This document shows, in pieces, positions 38,851 to 48,502 of a DNA stretch of 64,000 bases (position 1 is its first letter; the number at the start of each line of letters is the position of its first letter). A program made the translations under genes and the position numbers. Source of the DNA: an uncultured Candidatus Binatia bacterium (lineage in GTDB: Bacteria > Desulfobacterota > Binatia > Bin18); NCBI GenBank assembly GCA_965200965.1, contig OZ241744.1:128001-192000 (forward strand), in the 5' to 3' direction. The notes under the pieces are model-generated. The model did no database searches and was not told the origin of the DNA. It worked only from the letters and a program-made list of their open reading frames with translations.

Positions 38851-40642
38851 TCAAGCATCCCCGCGTGAACGCTCATGCGTTTCCTGGTTTGGAGCCAGTG
38901 CTTGATTATACAGCAAATTTTTTGCTGCATTGAGGTCGCGGTCAACTTCATGCCCCTTGGGACAGTCCAGCAACAGCGCGTCGCGGGGCCCTTGCAGCGG
39001 AACCCGATGGTCTGCACACAGGGACGATGACTGCGCCGCCTCCCTCTCGATATACTGGCCCTGACTCTTACGGCTTGCCTCTTTGAGATAGCGTCGCAGG
39101 ACCGACAGGCCGGCGAACGCCCGTTGCTTCTCTGCCCGCCTCAGCCTTCCGCCCTTCTTCTGCTCCGCCATCTCCTTCAGCGACAGCGCTTCTGCGTTCA
39201 CCTGCTTGTATTGTTGGCAGACCTTATAGGCCCACTGCCGAGAATAGTTGTCTCGTATCCGTCGGATACGCCGGTCGAGGCCACGATGTTCCCGATCAAT
39301 TCGGGTGGTCCGGTTTGCCCAATCCTGGAGCGGACCAACAGCCGGATGGTCCGGGGGAAGCGCGGCGAGGAGGGTCAGGAGACGTTGCCGACTCACCGTC
39401 TTCGGCTTCTGCCCGCTCTGCTGGTCGTTCTTCTTCCTCATCTTCTAATACATCCTCCACTATCACCCGCGCTTTTTCCGGGAGCGATTCCGTATGGCCT
39501 TCAAAGCCTTTCTTGAGAGCCTCTTTGATCTTGTGTGTCTGCTTGTCCATATCCCCCTGCAAGCCCTCATAGCCGTACCGCCAGCGCGTGACGATTGTAG
39601 AGGGGAGCGTCAATACCTCCTCGTGTCCATCCTCTCCTGCCAGGGCTGCCACCCGAATCCCATTCCTATTGTCCACGAGACGATACCCGATATCTATGCC
39701 GCAGGCGTGGTCTGAGGGCGTTGGCCGATAAAAGTCGGGCTTCGGAACCTCGCAGATGACAAGCAGCTTCCATTCCATTCGTGGTGCTTGCCTCCGTCCC
39801 TCTTTCCCAGCGATCCGCCAGCCGCGCTGGACTATCTGCCGTCCGACGAGATCGACCGACTTGATACGGACACCGGACGGCAAGGGGCGATGATAGGCAA
39901 GCTCAAAGGCAAGATAGGGGCTCTCCCGGCGGATGCGGAGGGTGCAGCGTCGGCGTTTCGGTTTTTCTGTTATCCAGTCGCCAAGAACAAACCGTCCGCC
40001 ATCCTCTTCTGCTTTCTGGAGCGTGAGCCCACCAGGGTACCACTCGGTAAAGTGGACATTGTACAGCGGCCAATACTTCGGCTTCAGCAGTGCCCCCTTC
40101 TTGCGATTCTCTCGTAGAGCGGTCAAGAAGTCGTCACGGATACGCTCTTTATTGCCTTGAACAGATATGTGGCCGTGCGCATGGCCTTCATCTTTTCGTC
40201 CCATTCGGTCCGATGGGCCGCAACAGTCGCCTTCTTCTCGGTCTTGGTTTGCTGTTTTGCTGCCTTGAGGCGTGAGTAAGCCTCGTTCTTCTGTTGCCGA
40301 AGAGTTGACGATGTTCGGTCTTCTGTTGCACTTCGGGTGTTTGTTTCCGACTCCGGTTCTGGACAGACAGGTTCTTGATGTCCTGCCTTACCTGCTTGAG
40401 GCACGCATCCAGAGGTCAACCTGCTTCTGGGCGGTTTTAACCTGTGGGGTTTCCGCAATGAGAGCCTGATACTCCTCAGTGTCCTGGGTTGCCGATCCGC
40501 ACAAGATCGTTCCAATAGTCCAGCCGGCTCGTGCTTCGTCTTTCATACAGCCGGGAGCGTGTTCAAAGGAGTGCATACCAGGGAGGTCGGCACGATAGGC
40601 GTAGACGGGGAGCGGGTTGTCATTGAGGCGTTTGCGGGGCAT
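38851..40642 (-). pseudogene. Cas12m (type V-U1)-like / large TnpB-like RuvC protein, ~600 codons, at least 5 frameshifts
   Basis: Reconstructed YWNDLVRI, coiled REC helices, YHRPLPSG, RuvC-I CGIDIGYR, RuvC-II VNAEALSL, Zn-finger CADH...CPKGH, RuvC-III DRDLNAAKNLL. Confidence 0.8.
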
Positions 40643-40647
40643 GGCGT

Positions 40648-41292
40648 CTATCTCCTGCTGGCCGGGGACAGGTCCCGGAGGAGGCGGCGGACTTTTGCCT
40701 CGACCTGCTGGCTCAGGATAATGTCGCTGATCATGGCTACGGCGTCGGCCCCCGCGGCCAGCGCGGCTGGGGCACGTTCGGCGCTGATGCCGCCGATGGC
40801 CACAATTGGCAGGCTGGTCTGGGCGCGTATCCCGCGCAACTGGTCCAGTCCCCGGGCGGTGTAGCCGGTCGCCTTGGTCTGGGTGCCGAACAGCGGTCCA
40901 AAGCCGATATAGTCCGCCCCCTCGCGCTCCGCGGCCACGGCCTGAGCCGCGTCATGGGTTGAGACACCGATAATTTTGTCCGGCCCCAGCACACGCCGGG
41001 CCGCGGCGTAGGGCAGGTCGTCCTGGCCGATGTGCAGCCCGTCGGCGTCCACCGCTCGGGCAATGTCGGCCCGGTCGTTGATCAGCAGCAGGCAGCTGTG
41101 TTGCTGGCAGATGGCCCGCGTCTGGCCGGCAATGGACAGAAAGTCGCGGGTCGATTGCGCCTTGAAGCGTAGCTGCACGAGCCGGGCACCACCGGCACAC
41201 ATCTGGCGAGTCAGTTCATGCCACGCCAGCTCCGCTCGGCCCAGCGTATCGGCGATGGCGTACAGCGGACTTGGAAAAGCGAACGGGGTCAT
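40648..41292 (-). CDS. thiE: Thiamine-phosphate synthase
   Basis: VQLRFK, INDRAD, GLHIGQDDL, GVSTH, DYIGFGP, TKA, VAIGGI. Confidence 0.96.
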   Translation of the reverse strand: MTPFAFPSPLYAIADTLGRAELAWHELTRQMCAGGARLVQLRFKAQSTRDFLSIAGQTRAICQQHSCLLLINDRADIARAVDADGLHIGQDDLPYAAARRVLGPDKIIGVSTHDAAQAVAAEREGADYIGFGPLFGTQTKATGYTARGLDQLRGIRAQTSLPIVAIGGISAERAPAALAAGADAVAMISDIILSQQVEAKVRRLLRDLSPASRR

Positions 41293-42753
41293 TTATTTCT
41301 TGGGTTCGATATTCAGGCTGGTCATCTTCTTGCGCAACGTGTTGCGATTGATGCCGAGCAGCTCGGCCGCCCTGAGTTGATTCCCAGAGGTATGCTCCAG
41401 GGTCAACTCAATCAGGGGTTTTTCGACCTGGGCAAGAATGCCGTCGTATACATCGCCGGCCTCGAGCGAGGCGGGGTGTTGAAAATAGGCGCTCAGCTTG
41501 CGCCGGACAAGGTCTTCGAGAGACAACTCGGCAAAGTTTTCCGGGAGGCCAGGCGGGGCAGCCGGCAACGACAGGTCGGTCCGGGTCAACAAGCGCCCGG
41601 GGGCCAGAACGGCGGCCCGCAGCAGCGTATTTTCCAGTTCACGCACATTGCCCGGCCACGAGTGATGGACCAACATGGCCTCGGCCTCGGGCGTCACCCC
41701 GTTGACCCTGGTCCCCATCTCGCGGTTGATCTTTTCCAGAAAATAGGTGGTCAGGGCAGGAATATCCTCCCGCCGCTGACGCAGGGCGGGCAGGGTGATC
41801 GGCACTACCTGAAGGCGGAAGAAGAGGTCTTCACGAAAGCGCTGCTGTCTGACCGCCAGGGCGAGGTCCTGATTGCTCGCGGCAATGATCCGGGTATTGA
41901 CCTGAACTACATCGCGGCCGCCCAGCCGGGTGATTTCCCGTTCTTGCAAGACCCGCAGCAGTTTGGTCTGGAGGGCCGGCGGCATATCGGCCACTTCATC
42001 CAGAAACAGGGTGCCGTCGGTGGCCTGTTCAAACTTGCCGAGCCGCCGTTCAACCGCGCCGGTGAAGGCACCGCGTTCATGGCCAAAGAACTCACTTTCC
42101 AGCAGCTCGAGCGGAACAGCCGAACAGTTAATCCCGATAAACGGCGCACGCCAGCGGGGCGAGTGGTGGTGAATGACCCGGGCGACGAGTTCCTTGCCCG
42201 TACCGCTCTCGCCCTGCAACAGGACAGTGGCGTCGCTCTTCACAATCCGGCCGATCGTCTTATACACCTGCTGCATGGCCGGGCCGTGGCCAATCATATG
42301 TGCGGTGCGGCCCTCAACCGCGGCAGACGGCGGCGACGGCTGGCTGTCAGTCAGGCGGCTGACCTCCAGGGCGCGCATGACCAGGGCTTTGACTTCTTCG
42401 AGATCAAAGGGTTTGGTCAGGTAATCAAAGGCACCGCGCTTCATGGCCTCGATAGCGTTATCGAGGGTCGTCTGGCCGGTCATGATGATAATCGGGGGGT
42501 GGCGCGGTTGGTCTGCCTGCTGGGTCTGGAGCAGAATGTCGAGACCGCTGCGTTCCGGCATTCGGATGTCAAGCAGGGCCACGTCAAAAGCCTGGCTGGC
42601 CAGCGCCTCTGAGGCCCGCGCCCCGTTGTTGACCGTTTTGACCGTGTGTCCCTCGTCGCGCAGGGTGTCGGCCAATACGCGCCGGATGAGTTCTTCGTCG
42701 TCAGCAATAAGAATAGTGCCCGGCGGGGCCTCAAAGGGGGTGCTGTGTTGCAT
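41293..42753 (-). CDS. ntrC: Sigma54-dependent response regulator NtrC
   Basis: Receiver DD/DIRMP, GESGTGKE, GAFTGA, LFLDE, WPGNVREL, GNQLRAAELLGINRNTLRKK. Confidence 0.85.
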   Translation of the reverse strand: MQHSTPFEAPPGTILIADDEELIRRVLADTLRDEGHTVKTVNNGARASEALASQAFDVALLDIRMPERSGLDILLQTQQADQPRHPPIIIMTGQTTLDNAIEAMKRGAFDYLTKPFDLEEVKALVMRALEVSRLTDSQPSPPSAAVEGRTAHMIGHGPAMQQVYKTIGRIVKSDATVLLQGESGTGKELVARVIHHHSPRWRAPFIGINCSAVPLELLESEFFGHERGAFTGAVERRLGKFEQATDGTLFLDEVADMPPALQTKLLRVLQEREITRLGGRDVVQVNTRIIAASNQDLALAVRQQRFREDLFFRLQVVPITLPALRQRREDIPALTTYFLEKINREMGTRVNGVTPEAEAMLVHHSWPGNVRELENTLLRAAVLAPGRLLTRTDLSLPAAPPGLPENFAELSLEDLVRRKLSAYFQHPASLEAGDVYDGILAQVEKPLIELTLEHTSGNQLRAAELLGINRNTLRKKMTSLNIEPKK

Positions 42754-42759
42754 GGCGGC

Positions 42760-43908
42760 TCACGACCGGGGGTGGGGGCTGATGGGGAGATAGACCTGGA
42801 AGTGCGCGCCGTGGCCGAACTCGCTTTCGACCCGGATGGTGCCGCCGTGCTGGGCGATAATCCGTTGGCTGACGGGCAGTCCTAAGCCCGTGCCTTGGCT
42901 TTTGGTGGTGAAGAAGGGGGTGAAGAGTTGGGGCAGATGCTCGGCGGCAATGCCCGGCCCGTTATCGCTGAAGTCGATTGACAGGAAGCGACCCTGCCGC
43001 GCCCGGTCGTTGCGCTCGCCGCGTAACAGGTGGAAGTCGGTCGCCATGCGGGTTGACAGGGTCAGGCTGCCGTGGCGGCAGCCGTTGAGGGCCTGGAGGC
43101 TGTTCTTGATGAGATTGCGAAAGACCTGGGCCAGCGCCGCTTCGTCTCCCAGCACATCCGGCAAACTGGGGTCAAAGTGGGTCTGGATTACAATCTCGGG
43201 CGACACAGCCGCGCGTTCGAGCAGCAGCACATCGCTCAGGACCTTATGGACATTGATCGGTTGCAGGGCAAAGCGGAGTGGGGCGGCCAAGTGCAGGAGC
43301 TGTTCCAACAGCCTGCTCAGGCGGTCAATTTCTCGAATCATGACCGTGGTATACTCCTGCGCACTGTGGCCTGCTGACGGGCCGCTGAGCCGGCTGTGCA
43401 GGAGTTGAGCCGTTCCCCGGATACCAGCCAGGGGGTTTTTGATCTCATGCGCCAGCCCGGCGACGACCACCCCCAGTTGGGCCAGGTGGTCGGCGCGGCG
43501 TTCTTCTTCGGCCAGCTCTTTCTGGTAGCGCAAATCGTGCAGGACGAGGCTCAGACCCAGCAGCCGTGTTGTGTCGCTAAAGATCGGCGAACAGGTTGCC
43601 CGGGCCGGGGTCAAGCGCTGCCGGCGACTGGTGATGATCCCTTCGCTGGCGGTTGGGCTGTAGGCCGAATGCAGCGTCCGCTCAATAATATCGACGATCC
43701 AGGCGTTGGCGGCAAAGACTTGGCTGTAGGGCAGGTGGCCGGCCTGGGCCGGCGACTGGCCGATGAGGGTTGCCGCGGTCGGGTTGAGAAAGGCAACCCG
43801 CCGGTCTTGATCAATGACAACAATGCCCTCTTCAAGGCTGGCCAGGATGTGCTCCCAGGCGTTGGCAGGAAAGGCTGGCTGAGACATGGGGGGTGGCCGT
43901 GAGTCCAT
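42760..43908 (-). CDS. ntrB: PAS sensor histidine kinase NtrB
   Basis: AHEIKNPLAGIRG.AQLL, DPSLP, DNGPGI, FFTTK..GTGLGL; start uncertain. Confidence 0.82.
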   Translation of the reverse strand: MDSRPPPMSQPAFPANAWEHILASLEEGIVVIDQDRRVAFLNPTAATLIGQSPAQAGHLPYSQVFAANAWIVDIIERTLHSAYSPTASEGIITSRRQRLTPARATCSPIFSDTTRLLGLSLVLHDLRYQKELAEEERRADHLAQLGVVVAGLAHEIKNPLAGIRGTAQLLHSRLSGPSAGHSAQEYTTVMIREIDRLSRLLEQLLHLAAPLRFALQPINVHKVLSDVLLLERAAVSPEIVIQTHFDPSLPDVLGDEAALAQVFRNLIKNSLQALNGCRHGSLTLSTRMATDFHLLRGERNDRARQGRFLSIDFSDNGPGIAAEHLPQLFTPFFTTKSQGTGLGLPVSQRIIAQHGGTIRVESEFGHGAHFQVYLPISPHPRS

Positions 43909-43988
43909 CGGACCTCTCATCGCAAACGGCAGTTTTATTGTCAAGGTGGGCTTGCCAAAGCGTCGTGCCGGCGGATATGGAAGGGGCT

Positions 43989-44264
43989 ATGCGCTATTCC
44001 GAAGCCGAGTGCCGGGCGGCAGCCGAAGCCCTGGTGAGCAGGCTGAGCGACAAGGACCTGATCCAACTTCGGACCGGGCCGCGGCACGGTGTTGAGAAGC
44101 TGGCCCAAGCCTTGCTTGACAATTTCCGCCAGGAAGAGGAATTGCGACGCGAAGCCGAGCGGCTGGCCGAGGCGCATATGCCGGCCGGTCAGGCGGTAGA
44201 CCGCCACAAGGTCGTCCAGATGATTACCCAACGCTTGGCCGAAGAGCGCAACTTCGTCTTATGA
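43989..44264 (+). CDS. DUF507-like protein
   Basis: MRYSE..., EEEL.REAE, LAEERNFVL C-terminus; paired with a paralogue. Confidence 0.7.
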   Translation: MRYSEAECRAAAEALVSRLSDKDLIQLRTGPRHGVEKLAQALLDNFRQEEELRREAERLAEAHMPAGQAVDRHKVVQMITQRLAEERNFVL

Positions 44265-44530
44265 GCCGTGTATCCGACAATCGTATTGCGGCCCTGGCCC
44301 GGCTGACGCTCCGGGTCCTGGCCAGTCAGGGCCGGCTGACCAACGAGCGGACCGCCCTGGCCGAGAGTAAGCGTGTGCTGGCCGAACACTTCCAGATTGA
44401 CGATAAAATCGACGCGCTGGTGCGGCGCAAAATCGCCTCGCTGTCGCGACGGATTGTGCCAGGCAGCGCCGAATGGAGCGTGTTGTACCGCCGCTACTTT
44501 GAGGAGGAGCGACGCAAGCGCAAATTCTGA
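44261..44530 (+). CDS. DUF507-like protein
   Basis: ID..VRRKIASLSR.I.PGS.EW.VLY.RYFEEE. Confidence 0.75.
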   Translation: MSRVSDNRIAALARLTLRVLASQGRLTNERTALAESKRVLAEHFQIDDKIDALVRRKIASLSRRIVPGSAEWSVLYRRYFEEERRKRKF

Positions 44531-44646
44531 AGGCTGTTGCTTGACAAGCGCGCCAGAGTGATTAAGTTGCCGGAGATTCTACCGCGGGGCCTCAGCCCCG
44601 TGCGCTTACGACAACAATTATCCTCAGAGAAGAAAGGAGAGGAGGC

Positions 44647-44934
44647 ATGAAAATTCGACCCTTACAGGATCGGATCATCGTAAAACGGATGGAAGAAGAG
44701 GAGAAGACCGCGGGCGGTATCATTATTCCTGACACGGCCAAAGAGAAGCCCCAGGAGGGCAAAGTCATTGCCGTGGGCAAGGGCAAGGTCGGGGAAGACG
44801 GTAAGGTGCAGCCCTTGGACGTGAAACCCGGTGACAAGGTCCTCTTCGGCAAATACGCGGGGACCGAGATCAAACTCGAAGGTGAAGAACACCTGATCAT
44901 GCGGGAAGACGATCTTCTCGGCGTGGTTGAATAG
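44647..44934 (+). CDS. groES: Co-chaperonin GroES
   Basis: [30 protein letters not shown]. Confidence 0.99.
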   Translation: MKIRPLQDRIIVKRMEEEEKTAGGIIIPDTAKEKPQEGKVIAVGKGKVGEDGKVQPLDVKPGDKVLFGKYAGTEIKLEGEEHLIMREDDLLGVVE

Positions 44935-46611
<1,677 letters not shown>

Positions 46612-46637
46612 GCCCTTGTGTGTCACCCCGACAATGC

Positions 46638-46675
46638 ACAACGGCCCTGCTCGGATTTCCGGGCGGGGCCGTTGT
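46638..46675. terminator. Hairpin between the convergent groEL and npdG genes
   Basis: ACAACGGCCCTGCTCGG...CCGGGCGGGGCCGTTGT inverted repeat. Confidence 0.65.
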
Positions 46676-46696
46676 CGCATCTGGAGCTTGGCGCGC

Positions 46697-47353
46697 TCAG
46701 GCGCTCGGCAGGCCGGTGATCCGAATGCCGGCCGAGTGGACTTTGTTGCGGATATTGAGGCGAATCAGCAGGGCGGTGATAGGCTCAATCAGGCTCGCCG
46801 CTTCCAGAGGACCGACATCAACCGCGTTGATATTGAGCTTGGCGATCAGTTCGATCACGCGCAGCCGGGCTTCTTTGGGCGAGCCGCACACCAGCACATC
46901 ACAGTCAATCTCGGCCTTGACATCGCGCAGCAGATGGGCCGAGATGTTCTGGAGAGCGCACACCACGCTGACCTGCTCGCCCAGGATGTCCCGCGCCTCC
47001 TCGGAGGCCGAGCCGGCCGCTGGCATAATGACCCGCCGGCCATTATCCGGGTCAAGCGGAACAGACACATCGACAAATATCTTGCCCTGGAGCTGGTCTT
47101 TGACGCTCTCCAGGGTGGGGATGTGGGCGGAGTACGGAACGGTCAGGACAACGATATCGGCCGCGGCCGCGGCACGCGGATTGTCCGTGCCGACCAGGAG
47201 CGGTCGGCCCAGCTCCTGGTTAAGTTCGGCCGCCACCCGTTCGCCCTTCTCCTTTTGCCGCGAGCCGATAATGACCTCCTCACCGGCCAGCGCCCAGCGG
47301 AGCGCCAGCCCCGGTCCCTGTTCGCCGGTCCCGCCTACAATCGCAATTTTCAC
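46697..47353 (-). CDS. npdG: NADPH-dependent F420 reductase
   Basis: IAIVGGTGEQG.GLALRWA, IGSR, LTVP, GSASE, QNISA, DVLVCG, LIRLN. Confidence 0.92.
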   Translation of the reverse strand: MKIAIVGGTGEQGPGLALRWALAGEEVIIGSRQKEKGERVAAELNQELGRPLLVGTDNPRAAAAADIVVLTVPYSAHIPTLESVKDQLQGKIFVDVSVPLDPDNGRRVIMPAAGSASEEARDILGEQVSVVCALQNISAHLLRDVKAEIDCDVLVCGSPKEARLRVIELIAKLNINAVDVGPLEAASLIEPITALLIRLNIRNKVHSAGIRITGLPSA

Positions 47354-47373
47354 CCTTGTCGCTCCTTCCAGAC

Positions 47374-48276
47374 TCAGTCAAAAAACTCTTCCACATTGCC
47401 CGACACGACCGGAATAGTCTGCACCGCGTTGTTGCGAAAAATACGGAACAGAACCGTCTCACCCGCCGGTCGGCTCCACAGCTGTTGATAAAAGGCCGGG
47501 CGGTCCGAGATTTTCTGGTTGTCTATGGCCAGCACCACATCGCCGGCCTTCAGACCGGCCGTATCACCCGGTCCGCCGGGCAGAATCCCCGCCACCACCA
47601 GATGGTTGCGCAGGGTATGTGAGTACAGGCCGATCCAGGCGCGGGATGGGCGGGTGATGCGGCGGCCGTAGCGGAGCAGCTCGTCCCGATGGTCTTGAAA
47701 GTTTTCGACCGGAATGGCCAGGGAGAACTTCCCGACTTCGTTGAGATTCAGCGACACGACGCCGGTCATCCTGCCGTGCATGTCGAACATCGGGCCGCCA
47801 CCCAGGCCGGGATTCATGGCCGTGCTGATCAGCGCCCGGTCAAGCGAGTACTCCCAGTAGGCGTCAAACGGTGAGACCGAGGTCAGACCGCCGCCGCTGA
47901 CCCGCCGCCCGTTTTCCTGACCAGAGCCGGCGGCGATGAACACCTCGTCACCGGGCTTCAACTCCTGGGAAGAACGCAGCGGCACGGCCGGAAAGCCGCT
48001 GCTCGGAATTTTGATCACGCCCATGCCGCTGGCAAAGTCCTGGGCGACCACCTCGGCGTCCGCCTGGCTGTTGTCGAACAGGCTGACTTTGACCGTACTG
48101 GCCCCAATGATGATGTAGTTGACCGTGAGGATGTAGCCGTTTGGATCGACAATGGTCCCCGAGCCCATGCGTTCCGGGCCGAGAAGCGGGGCGGAGTGGT
48201 GGTGCTGGGGGACGGTGACATGGATACTCACCGTCGAAGGCACTACCTGTTCAATGAGCTTCACGGAGGCGTTCAC
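47374..48276 (-). CDS. S1C trypsin-like/PDZ protein with degenerate catalytic residues
   Basis: GSGTIVDPNGYILTVNY (His absent), NPGLGGGP (Ser absent), C-terminal PDZ; GGAGG RBS and GTG. Confidence 0.82.
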   Translation of the reverse strand: MNASVKLIEQVVPSTVSIHVTVPQHHHSAPLLGPERMGSGTIVDPNGYILTVNYIIIGASTVKVSLFDNSQADAEVVAQDFASGMGVIKIPSSGFPAVPLRSSQELKPGDEVFIAAGSGQENGRRVSGGGLTSVSPFDAYWEYSLDRALISTAMNPGLGGGPMFDMHGRMTGVVSLNLNEVGKFSLAIPVENFQDHRDELLRYGRRITRPSRAWIGLYSHTLRNHLVVAGILPGGPGDTAGLKAGDVVLAIDNQKISDRPAFYQQLWSRPAGETVLFRIFRNNAVQTIPVVSGNVEEFFD

Positions 48277-48502
48277 TCTTCCTCCCTCACACAAGAGATT
48301 CATCAAGCCTAATGCCTGATCGAGCGAAGCGCAACCCCTGGACCGGCCCAGAGCGGATGTGGTATAGGGGGGCTGCGGGTTGGCCGCCGGGGAGTGGCGG
48401 ACCGGGTTCCGGATGCCCTTCCACCGCTCTTTTTTGGCCGGTTGGCAGCTTGGGCCGAATCTTATACGCTCTCGCCCCAACTGCTGAGACGAGAGACCGG
48501 GT

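Noticed and set aside
44530-44646. CIRCE element upstream of groES
   Set aside because: No TTAGCACTC-N9-GAGTGCTAA; only a weak half-site resemblance.
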